IMG/VR virus record: IMGVR_UViG_3300029957_000008
Location: 1 to 64,000 of that record
Source of the DNA: a virus
Strand: one strand, 5' to 3'
DNA: 64,000 nucleotides
Position 1 is the stretch's first letter. Each line of letters starts with the position of its first letter. The notes beneath the pieces are model-generated. The model saw nothing but the letters and a program-made list of their open reading frames with translations, searched no databases and was not told the DNA's origin. Made by a program: the position numbers and the translations under genes. Of the stretch, positions 48,169 to 57,329 are shown piece by piece.

Positions 48169-48378
48169 TTATTCCTCCGGACAAGCCAAGGCTGTGACGG
48201 TCTTGATTATGGTTACTCTCCAGAGTTTTTCTCCCGGATATACACAACCTGGGCGCTGGCGATCCCCGATAGCGTCCTCTTTTGTATCCCACGGATCATA
48301 TTCTCCAGAGTGAGTAGCGTTGATTAGGGCTTCCTCTTCGTTTTTAGCATACACCCAAACTTTTACGGTTTTGGTCAC
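48169..48378 (-). CDS. hypothetical protein
   Basis: VWVYAKNEEEA motif; start refined to overlapping GTG. Confidence 0.55.
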   Translation of the reverse strand: MTKTVKVWVYAKNEEEALINATHSGEYDPWDTKEDAIGDRQRPGCVYPGEKLWRVTIIKTVTALACPEE

Positions 48379-48545
48379 TTCTTCGTCTCCGTCTTGTATT
48401 GGACTTGCCACTTTTGTATGCAGCAATAATCGTCATTTATTTCAATTCGTCGTGCTTCTGCAGCATCTTCAGTGGCCCAGATACTGTCTAGCATATCGCC
48501 TTCGTGCATCTCCTCAAAGACGACTACATACACATACCTGTTCAT
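48375..48545 (-). CDS. small hypothetical protein
   Basis: MNRYVYVVVF...IWATEDAA; ATGA/GTGA overlaps at both ends. Confidence 0.5.
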   Translation of the reverse strand: MNRYVYVVVFEEMHEGDMLDSIWATEDAAEARRIEINDDYCCIQKWQVQYKTETKK

Positions 48546-48718
48546 TCCACACTCGCCAAATCCAAAGCTTCCTGAATTGCAGCCGCTTCTGATGGGTCTA
48601 GTTCACAGTTGTCTAAAAGGTATTCTAGGTATTCCGGCTCTTCCTCAAGTACATCCTCAAGATTTTCAAATTTAAATCGGCCCTTAGTAAATTGGTTATG
48701 TTGGTTCAAAAAACTCAT
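48542..48718 (-). CDS. small acidic protein (58 aa)
   Basis: FTKGRFK...EPEYLEYLL; ATGA overlap. Confidence 0.55.
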   Translation of the reverse strand: MSFLNQHNQFTKGRFKFENLEDVLEEEPEYLEYLLDNCELDPSEAAAIQEALDLASVE

Positions 48719-49167
48719 ACTTCTACTCCTTTGTTAATAACTTCAATAGCTCGTTCTACGTGTTCGTCTAAAAGTCCAAGATCCCAAGTAGTTTCAACTA
48801 GATGCGGCCACAAATGGACCATGTCTTCGCAATCGTCCAGGATTACAAACCTGTCGTGGCCGGGGTTCTCGTCCAACCACTTCTGGATTTCATAACCTCT
48901 AGGACCGCCAAGGCGTGGAGTCTTGTCAATAATAGTAACTTTGCCGCCAGCATCGTTAATAACGTTTTCAATGAAGTCCAAGTGGAGCATGATTCGCCAG
49001 GTAGACGAAATAACAACATCAGCCCCGGTGGCTTCTACGATCTTATTCAGTCGCTCCACCGCTTTGCGATCCACTTCGTTCATTGTCCACTGGTCGCCAA
49101 GAAGATCTACAAACTCTTGGCTGTTCAGAACGCCATCAATGTCTAGGAAGATAATTGGCTTGGTCAT
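48715..49167 (-). CDS. HAD-superfamily phosphatase (Swiss-army-knife RNA-repair type)
   Basis: FLDIDGVLN, ISSTWR, RGYEI, FVILDD. Confidence 0.85.
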   Translation of the reverse strand: MTKPIIFLDIDGVLNSQEFVDLLGDQWTMNEVDRKAVERLNKIVEATGADVVISSTWRIMLHLDFIENVINDAGGKVTIIDKTPRLGGPRGYEIQKWLDENPGHDRFVILDDCEDMVHLWPHLVETTWDLGLLDEHVERAIEVINKGVEV

Positions 49168-49358
49168 TAAAAAACTCTATTGAGGGAGTCGAGAAACACT
49201 TGCCGGGGCCAAGGGACACTCAGTCTGTGGTGCCACTGGTGCTGTTCACAGGCGTCTTTGATGCCGGCAACGGTTTTATCTATTTGGTCGTAATCAATAA
49301 CTGTGGTAGCTACTAGTTCGTTTTTTGCGTCATAAACGGTAAGAATGGTTGGTGTCAA
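49167..49358 (-). CDS. hypothetical protein
   Basis: GGAGG RBS. Confidence 0.55.
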   Translation of the reverse strand: MTPTILTVYDAKNELVATTVIDYDQIDKTVAGIKDACEQHQWHHRLSVPWPRQVFLDSLNRVF

Positions 49359-49413
49359 TGAGCGGTACCTCCTGAATGTTTGTAATTATCTGTGTTTGTT
49401 CTAAGAAAGTCAA

Positions 49414-49986
49414 TTATTTTCTGCAACCAAATTCAGAATCCTGAGTTACTAATGTTTTTAGGTATCGGAATCGTTTGGTGACAGTGTAGGTGTATCTAGA
49501 GATCGTGGGATCGTTAATCCAGTTTCCATACCCCTTGTTGTAAATGGTCAAAGCCTTCAGTAGGTTGCGCTGTTCTCCTATTAGTTCGGCCAGGTAGGCT
49601 ATTCCTAGGTAGATGTTGTTCCTAATGTCGTAAAACGGATCCCCCACGATCTTGAACTTCTCCACCAAGTACTTGCTGGTCCGTTTGGATAGCTGAATCA
49701 GTCCCCGACAGCCTTTCTTAGACTTTGCTCTCTTATCGTACCGGCTTTCGACTTCTATAAGGGCTACAACAAATACCGGGCTAAGCCCGAACTCCCTACC
49801 TACTTCAGTTGCAGCTATTGCCATCTCCTTGGCGTCTGAGGAGTCTAGCTTGGTCTGCAGGACGTAGGAGCGTTTAGCTATTAGCTCCTGAAGAGGCACC
49901 ACATCGGCGGATTCCGGTGCTAAGCACCTATTACCGCCGTTCATGCCATTTAGAAACATTAGAAGAGTTAGTATCTGTAGGTTCAT
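49414..49986 (-). CDS. lytic transglycosylase (SLT domain)
   Basis: LIEVES, GLIQL, NIYLGIAYL, YNKG. Confidence 0.85.
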   Translation of the reverse strand: MNLQILTLLMFLNGMNGGNRCLAPESADVVPLQELIAKRSYVLQTKLDSSDAKEMAIAATEVGREFGLSPVFVVALIEVESRYDKRAKSKKGCRGLIQLSKRTSKYLVEKFKIVGDPFYDIRNNIYLGIAYLAELIGEQRNLLKALTIYNKGYGNWINDPTISRYTYTVTKRFRYLKTLVTQDSEFGCRK

Positions 49987-50128
49987 TGCACACCTTGTGG
50001 GATAAATAGGTTACTTTAGCGCAAGTGACAAAGTTTTCAAATGACGCGGCCTTTTTGGCGCATAGCGCCATGTTGAAGGCCGTAGGAAAGGCGAAGAAGG
50101 CAAGCAAAAACATTCCAATAGTTTTCAT
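49931..50128 (-). CDS. small putative secreted/membrane protein
   Basis: MKTIGMFLLAFF...; TTGACA-17-TAGCGT promoter (50136-50164) 7 nt upstream. Confidence 0.5.
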   Translation of the reverse strand: MKTIGMFLLAFFAFPTAFNMALCAKKAASFENFVTCAKVTYLSHKVCNEPTDTNSSNVSKWHERR

Positions 50129-50181
50129 GTGAAGAACGCTACTTTCTATTCTCCTTTGTGTCAAGTCAATCTTTATTGTAA

Positions 50182-52365
50182 ATGCTGTGCCCCAACATTA
50201 AAGATTCCAAGGGAATGCTCATCGATGGAGTTTTTTCATCGGAGGCCATCGACTCTTCAGGAGAAGTTGTAAAACTTGAAGGTATTGATATCTCCTCTAT
50301 GGAAGAGGGGCACGGGGTTGCCAATTACGAGCACAAGGGAATAGACGCTGGAGGCTTTGGCCGGGAGATCGTAGGAAGGATCATCTACGTCCACAAGGTT
50401 TTTAAGGCTTCGGACTGCGAAGATGACCGCCAAAGGATGTTTTGGAAGAAAGTCAAGGAGCAGCCCTTTCTCTACGGTATGGTCCGGCTTTACGATGCTG
50501 CGGGCCACACCGGAGCAGAGGCCCTAGCGGCCCAAATCCGGGATGCTGTCTACCACGATGATGAAATTACGGTTAGGTACTCCGTAGAGGGTACAACCCT
50601 TGAGCGGGATGGAAACATCATTAAGACCTCCATCGCTAGGAAGGTTGCTCTAATCATTGGCCCCTGCAATAAGACCTGTCTATCCGGTGTGGTTAAAGAC
50701 ACCAACGCCCCTAAGGGATACCAAAAAGAGGACATCGAGAAGTCTGAATTATTGTCCGATCCTTCAAGCCGAAGCATCGGTGACGCCCCAGAGTACCAGT
50801 ACAACCCAATCGTGTCGGATTTTACCAAGAACCCGCTTATTGATCTGGTCCAGAGCTTAGAGCTACTAAAGAGCATGACGGCGGGTGGTGGAGACGCAGC
50901 CCCTTCTACTCTTACTGGCGGCCAAGCTCTACAAAGGGAAGAGCTAGGTGGCGTCTACAAGAACCACATCGTTGACGCCATCAAGGACTACAAAGACCCT
51001 TGGGACCACGGTAAGTTTCGAAAGTTTCTAAAAGCTCGGTTGGACAAAGCTGACCTTCCTGAGGTTTCTGACTCGTTCTTGGACTACTTCATGGGGATCG
51101 CCAAGGACTACCAGATTAAGAAGCATCAGGACATTAACCAGGAGTACATTACTAATACTTCGCTGGTTGGCCAAGTCCATCAGTTAGAAGGATATCTGGT
51201 TGAGCTGAGGAAGTCCATCAGAGACGAGCTAGAGGGGTACCAAGTTAGCCTTCCTGAGGTTTACGCCGTCAAGATGAAGGTGGGTAATGATTACCTACCC
51301 GCTGGTCGGTTCATGGTGGTTCAAAACGCAGTCCACCACCTAGAAGACTACCATGGGATCCTAGCAGCTATGATTCCCGAAGGGCCTTTGGGTGTAGACG
51401 GCCAGACTGGAATAGAAGCCCTCAAGATGGTCCCCGAGTTCTCGGTTACCGAGCATCAGATTCCTGAGCCGGTAGCCAATACAGTACCTGGTATTGTTGG
51501 GGTGGTTTCCAACAAGCTTCAAGCCCCACAAAGGGCCGCTGTTTTTGAATATATTCGGCCCGGTATGGGGCAGTCCCATATTGTTGAGTTTAGTGAGCAT
51601 GGCGCAGCCCTGGATGGTGAAAAGCTGACAGATGATGAGCTGAATCTCATTGTCTCCAATGTTGAAAGCGGTTTGGCTACTCTCAAGTGGAAGCAGAATA
51701 GCAACCAGGACTTGAGTAAGTCTGACATGGGCGTGCATGAGGCTATGGCTGGTTTAAGAGCGGCCGTATCGGCCGGACATGTGCATCCTGATGTCGAAAG
51801 GGCGTTTACCAAGCACGTCTTTGAGGACCACATGGTTCCTGGGGTGGGTAATAAGTTCGCTTGGAATGAATTTCAACGACAGAACAAGCCAGGAGTACTT
51901 GGGTCTATTGATCTTAACTCTTTTAAGCACATTAACGATACTCGCGGCCATATTGCCGGCGATAGCGCGATCAAGGCCGTTGGTGGGGCACTGAAGAGTG
52001 CTGCTGAGAAGGTTGGGACAGTAAAGCTGTTTAGGACTGGTGGAGACGAGTTTGCCATTCACAGCCCTACTCAAGAAGATGCTCATAGGTTTATGAGAGA
52101 AGCAAGGTCTCACATGGCTCAAATACCGCCAGTTGGCGGGGTACATAAGCCATCGTTCAGTATCGGCTTGGGCCAGGACTTTGGGACGGCAGACAAGGCT
52201 TTGTATCTAGCCAAGAAGCAAAAGGTCGATCCTGTGACGGGTAAGAACGCCTATCACCCTGCCAGAACTCCTCACTTGGGGCACTCTTTGCTGCCAGGAT
52301 CGGAAGGGCCGATCAATATGTCTGAAGCACCTACGGCTTCGACTGGGTCAAAGGTAGCGGCGTAG
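50182..52365 (+). CDS. prohead protease fused to C-terminal GGDEF diguanylate cyclase
   Basis: N-term IDSSGE, NYEH, YSVEG, VAL...PCN; C-term DLNSFKHINDTRGHIAGD...RTGGDEF...ADKALYLAK. Confidence 0.85.
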   Translation: MLCPNIKDSKGMLIDGVFSSEAIDSSGEVVKLEGIDISSMEEGHGVANYEHKGIDAGGFGREIVGRIIYVHKVFKASDCEDDRQRMFWKKVKEQPFLYGMVRLYDAAGHTGAEALAAQIRDAVYHDDEITVRYSVEGTTLERDGNIIKTSIARKVALIIGPCNKTCLSGVVKDTNAPKGYQKEDIEKSELLSDPSSRSIGDAPEYQYNPIVSDFTKNPLIDLVQSLELLKSMTAGGGDAAPSTLTGGQALQREELGGVYKNHIVDAIKDYKDPWDHGKFRKFLKARLDKADLPEVSDSFLDYFMGIAKDYQIKKHQDINQEYITNTSLVGQVHQLEGYLVELRKSIRDELEGYQVSLPEVYAVKMKVGNDYLPAGRFMVVQNAVHHLEDYHGILAAMIPEGPLGVDGQTGIEALKMVPEFSVTEHQIPEPVANTVPGIVGVVSNKLQAPQRAAVFEYIRPGMGQSHIVEFSEHGAALDGEKLTDDELNLIVSNVESGLATLKWKQNSNQDLSKSDMGVHEAMAGLRAAVSAGHVHPDVERAFTKHVFEDHMVPGVGNKFAWNEFQRQNKPGVLGSIDLNSFKHINDTRGHIAGDSAIKAVGGALKSAAEKVGTVKLFRTGGDEFAIHSPTQEDAHRFMREARSHMAQIPPVGGVHKPSFSIGLGQDFGTADKALYLAKKQKVDPVTGKNAYHPARTPHLGHSLLPGSEGPINMSEAPTASTGSKVAA

Positions 52366-52687
52366 TCTTTCGGCAGCTTTTGCAGGTTCGTTCGCGTTGA
52401 GTGAACGATAAGAACATTGGCAGGACCTTGTTGCAGGCGTAGCACTCTCTGAGGCCGCTGTCCGCATTGCATTTGCTGCATAGGCCGTTGCTGTTCAGTT
52501 TTCGGTGTTTGAGGCAGCAGGCGCAGACTGTATCTGGCCACTTTTTGACCATTATGTCCTCTTTCCTGCAGGATTTACACTTTGAAGTGACGGGTCTAGC
52601 TGTGCCCTCCCGGATGAACTCATGGAAGGCCCTCCTGGGAAGGGCTTTCTTGCATCCAGAGCATCTGTAGGTCTCGTCAGCGGTCAC
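52331..52687 (-). CDS. multi-Zn-ribbon protein
   Basis: six CxxC pairs; GTG start 14 nt after a TAATCTT motif. Confidence 0.55.
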   Translation of the reverse strand: MTADETYRCSGCKKALPRRAFHEFIREGTARPVTSKCKSCRKEDIMVKKWPDTVCACCLKHRKLNSNGLCSKCNADSGLRECYACNKVLPMFLSFTQRERTCKSCRKTTPLPLTQSKP

Positions 52688-52779
52688 TATTGGTAAGATT
52701 AGTGTTTTATACATTTTTTGTAGCTCACTAATGTCAATCATTAATAAGAGCAGTTTGCTCGTAACTTTAAGGAGACTCC

Positions 52780-53259
52780 ATGGCTACATCGCGAAAAGCA
52801 CAAGATATTGCACGAGACCTACTCGATACTTTCGGTAAGCAGGTCGCGGCTACTCTGCCCGTTCAAGTTCAGACGGCAGACAGTTCGGGCAACCCCATTC
52901 TAACCCTTTCGGCAGACTCCACCCCGGCGACTGGTGAAAAGGTCGTTGTCATTGTTGTCTCGCCTTATGCGAGCGGCACGGCGTACGACATCTTTGGTAA
53001 TGCGGCTCTCAATTACTCGCCCACCAAGATTCAGTTCTGCACTGAAGCGAACTACGCGGCTACCACGGACAACGTTGCTGACATCCTTACTCCTACCGAG
53101 CTTCTCCCCATTATCTCGGAGATTTCGAAGAGGGGTACTCTTGTTGAGTGGCACGTGACCGCGAACGGCACCGTTCCTTCGGCCGCCGCCATCGCAGCGG
53201 GTACTGTTCTCAGCGCAACGTTTGCTCCGCTATACAACGGCGTTCAATCTGCGATCTAA
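52780..53259 (+). CDS. putative head structural/decoration protein
   Basis: AAGGAG RBS; upstream of scaffold and capsid genes. Confidence 0.55.
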   Translation: MATSRKAQDIARDLLDTFGKQVAATLPVQVQTADSSGNPILTLSADSTPATGEKVVVIVVSPYASGTAYDIFGNAALNYSPTKIQFCTEANYAATTDNVADILTPTELLPIISEISKRGTLVEWHVTANGTVPSAAAIAAGTVLSATFAPLYNGVQSAI

Positions 53260-53286
53260 TTGGGCACTTGATTTAAGGAGCCCACA

Positions 53287-54219
53287 ATGGACATGAAAAA
53301 TCTAACAAAGAAAGGTCTGGAGAAACTCATTGATGATGTTTCTTTGGGTCTTACGGCCGTCTTGGCAAAAGCCGAGGCGGAAGGCGCTGTTGAAGGACAG
53401 ACGCTAGCGAAAGCAGACCCAGGGCAGGAAGCTCCTGCGGAAAAGGTCCCTGCTGGTTCGTCTAGCGAAAGTTCCGATTCCAGCCCCGCCAAAGAGGAAT
53501 CTAGTCCTGCAGCCCCGGCCGCAGATGCTAGTCCTGCTGAGGAAACTCCTGGTGAAGTACCTGTTGCAGAAGGGGCGCCTGCTCCTAGTGCCGAAGGTTC
53601 GGAACCAGCAGAAGACACGGGTGGTACGGTTGAGCAGCTTCAGGCTGAATACGCCGCACTTCCTGTCGAGGAACAGAAGATGCACTTGCTAGCTCTCAAA
53701 GCTGCTTTGATGTCGACGTTGGCATCTCAGGGTGGCGAAGGCGATGCCGGTGTTGCTCCTGAAGGTATGCCTGCTCCAGACGCTTCTGCGGCTCCCGCCG
53801 CTCCCGAAGCTGCTGCCCCAGCGCCTGCCCCAGAGCAAACAGAAATGCCTCCGATGGCTAAGTCCGAAGACCGAGCACTTGCTCTAGAACTTGAGACCCT
53901 TAAGAAGGCCTTGAGTGACAAGGAAGAGATTATTGCAAGCACCAATCAAATGGCGGCTGCTTTCAAGAACTTCCTTGAGCGAAACAACGGTCGTCGGCTT
54001 TCAGTCGCTGCGGCTTCGGTTATGCCGAAGACTCAGACCGACCTAGCCAAGTCAGAAGGTATTGACGTCACCTCTCTTTCCCCAGTGGAAATCAACCGGA
54101 AGCTCACAGAGGTAGCGGCTTCGGGAACCCTCAAGAAATCAGATAAAGACCTCGTCCTTAAGTATGTAGCTGGCAGGGACAAAAAAGATGTCGGCTCAAT
54201 CGCACATCTTTTAAAGTAA
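53287..54219 (+). CDS. head scaffolding protein
   Basis: acidic A/P/E-rich coiled coil immediately upstream of capsid gene; several LAK(A/S) motifs. Confidence 0.7.
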   Translation: MDMKNLTKKGLEKLIDDVSLGLTAVLAKAEAEGAVEGQTLAKADPGQEAPAEKVPAGSSSESSDSSPAKEESSPAAPAADASPAEETPGEVPVAEGAPAPSAEGSEPAEDTGGTVEQLQAEYAALPVEEQKMHLLALKAALMSTLASQGGEGDAGVAPEGMPAPDASAAPAAPEAAAPAPAPEQTEMPPMAKSEDRALALELETLKKALSDKEEIIASTNQMAAAFKNFLERNNGRRLSVAAASVMPKTQTDLAKSEGIDVTSLSPVEINRKLTEVAASGTLKKSDKDLVLKYVAGRDKKDVGSIAHLLK

Positions 54220-54235
54220 TAAGGAGACCCTTCAC

Positions 54236-55651
54236 ATGAATCCATTGTCGCAAATTCAAGACCTCGTAAAGGCACTAGAGGCCGGCAACTATGATGCCGC
54301 CCCCAGCACACTAGAGCAAGGCTCTGCCCTGCAGATTGAAGACCTCAATCCTGTCATGGTCATGGTCACAGCAGAAGAAAAACACATTAAGCTCCAGAAG
54401 CTGATTCCTGTTGAGTCGTCTAAGTCGACGACTTTTCAGTTCAACCGTCAGCTCTCGGTTGGTATCATGGGTGGCAGCGCTCAGATGGAAGGTAACGTTG
54501 GTCAAGAGGAAACTTCTGACTACGTACGTATCACCATCCCAATGACGTACTACTCGCACATTCGTCGGGTGACTGTTGCTTCGACCTTGGTTGCCAGCTC
54601 TGATGGTAAGAAGTCAGATGAACGGGCGGCTCAGGATGCGGCTAAGAAAGTCTCCTTTGACGTTGAGTTCGACCTCTTCCGTGGTCTTGAGTGTTTCAGC
54701 AACGCCGGTACTTTCGACGGCAACCCGCTGACCACCTCGAACCTTCTCCCCAACATGCATGGCCTTTCGCTCCAGGTTCGTCAGTCGGACTTCCAGGTGA
54801 ACAGCCGTGATGCAATGTTCGCCGAGTTCGGTTCGGATCAGACGGTTGTTCTTTCAGCCGGTGGTTCGACTCTAACCCAGGGTATCATTGAAGACGGCGC
54901 TCTCCGTAGCTCTTTGGGCTTCGGCGAAGCGGACAAGCTCATTGTGGATCCCGTGGTTCTCGCTAACTACAACAAGATCACGTTCGGCAAAGAGCGTATC
55001 ATCCTCGCGGGTAGCCCGCAAGATGCGACTGCCGGTGACCTTCGTCGTCAGTGGGTCTCGGGCGGCACTGTGAACATTGAAGCTTCGCAGTTCCTCCGTG
55101 GCAAGTTCAAGCCCGCTCCTGTGCGTGCGAACAGCCCCGTGGCTCCTGCTAGCATCACTGTGACCCCGGCTTCGGCCACCAACCCGACCGGCCTCGCCGC
55201 TGGTGTTTATTACTACTTCGCTACCGCTGGTAACGAAGTTGGTGAGTCGGTTGCTTGTACGGCAGTGTCTTCGGGCAGCGTGACGAAGGACTACAAGGTT
55301 ACGGTTGTGGTTACCCAGCCCGCGTCTGGCGTCTACCGCTTCTACAACATCTACCGTTCGCCTGTCGGCGGTACGGCAGCTCAGGCCAAGTTCATTGGTC
55401 GCGTTGTTCCGACCCAGGGCTCGTCCACGACTAACTTCGTTGACCTCAACGGCATGAATCCTGCAGCGGTTACTGGTTACTTCCTTCAGAAGGACGGAGC
55501 CAGCATTCGTGAACTGGCTTCTTACAGCCGCCTCAAGCTGGCCGTCTCGGACCTCAGCATGCCGGAAGCTCACTTCCGCTTCCTGGGCCTAGCGGTTGAG
55601 ACTCCTCGCAAGTTCGTCCTCATCGACAACTTGAATGGTACCATCAGCTAA
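54236..55651 (+). CDS. major capsid protein
   Basis: KALEAG...GSALQIEDL N-arm, EFDLFRG, Ig-like insertion (YYY...YNIYRS); strong RBS and terminator. Confidence 0.85.
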   Translation: MNPLSQIQDLVKALEAGNYDAAPSTLEQGSALQIEDLNPVMVMVTAEEKHIKLQKLIPVESSKSTTFQFNRQLSVGIMGGSAQMEGNVGQEETSDYVRITIPMTYYSHIRRVTVASTLVASSDGKKSDERAAQDAAKKVSFDVEFDLFRGLECFSNAGTFDGNPLTTSNLLPNMHGLSLQVRQSDFQVNSRDAMFAEFGSDQTVVLSAGGSTLTQGIIEDGALRSSLGFGEADKLIVDPVVLANYNKITFGKERIILAGSPQDATAGDLRRQWVSGGTVNIEASQFLRGKFKPAPVRANSPVAPASITVTPASATNPTGLAAGVYYYFATAGNEVGESVACTAVSSGSVTKDYKVTVVVTQPASGVYRFYNIYRSPVGGTAAQAKFIGRVVPTQGSSTTNFVDLNGMNPAAVTGYFLQKDGASIRELASYSRLKLAVSDLSMPEAHFRFLGLAVETPRKFVLIDNLNGTIS

Positions 55652-55679
55652 TAACTAAAGCTTACATAGCTTAAGAAAC

Positions 55680-55700
55680 AAGGCCCGCAAGGGCCTTTTT
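55680..55700 (+). terminator. rho-independent terminator
   Basis: AAGGCCC-GCAA-GGGCCTT followed by a T run. Confidence 0.9.
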
Positions 55701-55769
55701 CTTTTGTTAAACAAGTACTTGACAAGGTCTCTCCTTTTTGTTAAACATTGTTCCTTGGAAAGGGTTTTC

Positions 55770-56012
55770 ATGCAAACATTGGGAAAGACAGAAAAAGAGA
55801 GGGATTTTCTTGCTGGATATCAGGCTGGTGGCATTAATTACCTGAAGGTGGTCGTTGGGATTTTAGAATCCGCCGCCTCCGAAGTATACGAAGAGGCCTA
55901 CCCCAAAGAAGAAGACAGGCAAACATACGGTGTGTTGTGTGGGCTGATTAATGATGTGAAAAAAGAAATAAACTATATTATTGCCGAAAGGATTGTAAGT
56001 AGTTCTAAATAG
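55770..56012 (+). CDS. hypothetical protein
   Basis: start refined to MQTLG downstream of a TTGACA. Confidence 0.55.
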   Translation: MQTLGKTEKERDFLAGYQAGGINYLKVVVGILESAASEVYEEAYPKEEDRQTYGVLCGLINDVKKEINYIIAERIVSSSK

Positions 56013-56026
56013 AGGGCTTTATCTAC

Positions 56027-56054
56027 TTGACGCCATGGGTGGTTGTGATACAAT
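56027..56054 (+). promoter_or_regulatory. sigma70-type promoter, leaderless
   Basis: TTGACG-16-TACAAT, 6 nt before ATG. Confidence 0.7.
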
Positions 56055-56060
56055 AATCCC

Positions 56061-56624
56061 ATGATTCGCGTTCTAATTTGTTCAGCTTACGGCAACCAGC
56101 CTTCAAATCTGGTTAAGGCCCTTAAATATTCACGATACGCCTTATATAAGGGTTATGCCACCTTTGCTCCACACATCGAGTACTCTTCTTGTCTTTCCGA
56201 TTCCGATGAGGACGAACGGGAGATGGGTATTAATGCCGGACTGGCATTTTTATTAGTGTGTGGGGAGATGTGGGTCTTTGTGGTTGATGGCGTTCTCTCA
56301 ACTGGCATGAAGAAAGAGATCAAAACAGCGATTAAGAACAACGTCCTAATCCGTTGGTTTGATGCCTCGAACGACGAGGATATTAAAGAGCTAATGCACA
56401 TTCCTTCAGACAGAGTACCCCTCAAGAGAGACTTCGTTACCGACCTAGGAAAGGCTACGGTCAGCAAGTTTTCCGAGATCGAAGCCTTGCTTAAGAGTGG
56501 GGCTAAGTATGGAGACTTGGTAGACAGCATTGACGATCTCCTTGGAACCGCCATGCCAGACAGGGATCTTGAGGCCGAGCAAATCTACGAAAACACAGTT
56601 AAGGATCGAGATGAAGAAATATAA
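56061..56624 (+). CDS. nucleoside 2-deoxyribosyltransferase-like protein
   Basis: ICSAY, FAPH, ER..G...L..C.EMWVF, STGMKKEI. Confidence 0.65.
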   Translation: MIRVLICSAYGNQPSNLVKALKYSRYALYKGYATFAPHIEYSSCLSDSDEDEREMGINAGLAFLLVCGEMWVFVVDGVLSTGMKKEIKTAIKNNVLIRWFDASNDEDIKELMHIPSDRVPLKRDFVTDLGKATVSKFSEIEALLKSGAKYGDLVDSIDDLLGTAMPDRDLEAEQIYENTVKDRDEEI

Positions 56625-56883
56625 GTGGAAAGAATCATCCGTAGTCTTGCAGCTTCTGCGGGATGACGCACAGTCAAAGATCCTGGTGGATGCTCTCCGT
56701 CAGAGACAGCTCAAATCGGATGTGACGGTAAAGCTGGACGGGAAAACCTACCGACTCGTTGAAGCGTTCCCGTGTAGGGCATCCTCCGACAAGATCTGGA
56801 AGGAACAGGTTAAATACTGTCTACGGAAATTACGAGATTTCTTGAATCGATTTCTAGGTCGTCCGATTCCCTCACATAGCTAA
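56611..56883 (+). CDS. hypothetical protein
   Basis: ATG overlapping upstream gene end. Confidence 0.5.
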   Translation: MKKYKWKESSVVLQLLRDDAQSKILVDALRQRQLKSDVTVKLDGKTYRLVEAFPCRASSDKIWKEQVKYCLRKLRDFLNRFLGRPIPSHS

Positions 56884-56902
56884 TCCCAACAATCTTTATT
56901 GC

Positions 56903-57328
56903 ATGAAGCTTTCGGCACGTCCTCTCATTGATGTTTCGTCTGTTAACGACTACGGTACGTCCGAACAGTTAGAGATGACGGCCGGTGACAGCCCCACTCT
57001 TTACCTGCAACTCATTGATTTAGAAAAGAATCTAGCCAAATACGGCTACGAGCCGGCAGGGCTAAGGTATATGCCCCTGGCGACCACAACGCCTACCTTG
57101 GCTGTTACCTTTACCCATATTGACGACGCCAAGCAGTTCACCAGATTTGCCACACAGCCCTTTACTCAGGATCCTTCGATTTGGGCCTGTCCAATCCTAG
57201 CAAGCGATCCAATTGCCGGCACCGTTACAATCAAGTGTGTTTTGACTGAAAACAAAGGCACCTCCCTAGCCCCTATTCCGGTTCAGAAGACCTTTACGAT
57301 GCACGCTGCAGTGCTGGTTGGCGTATAA
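56903..57328 (+). CDS. putative virion structural protein
   Basis: late motif CAATCTTTAT at 56890; beta-rich. Confidence 0.55.
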   Translation: MKLSARPLIDVSSVNDYGTSEQLEMTAGDSPTLYLQLIDLEKNLAKYGYEPAGLRYMPLATTTPTLAVTFTHIDDAKQFTRFATQPFTQDPSIWACPILASDPIAGTVTIKCVLTENKGTSLAPIPVQKTFTMHAAVLVGV

Positions 57329-57329
57329 T

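Noticed and set aside
54872-55573. Long antisense ORFs (this one, 37641..38312, 2749..3375, 7764..8327)
   Set aside because: They are shadows of well-supported genes on the opposite strand and carry no motifs.
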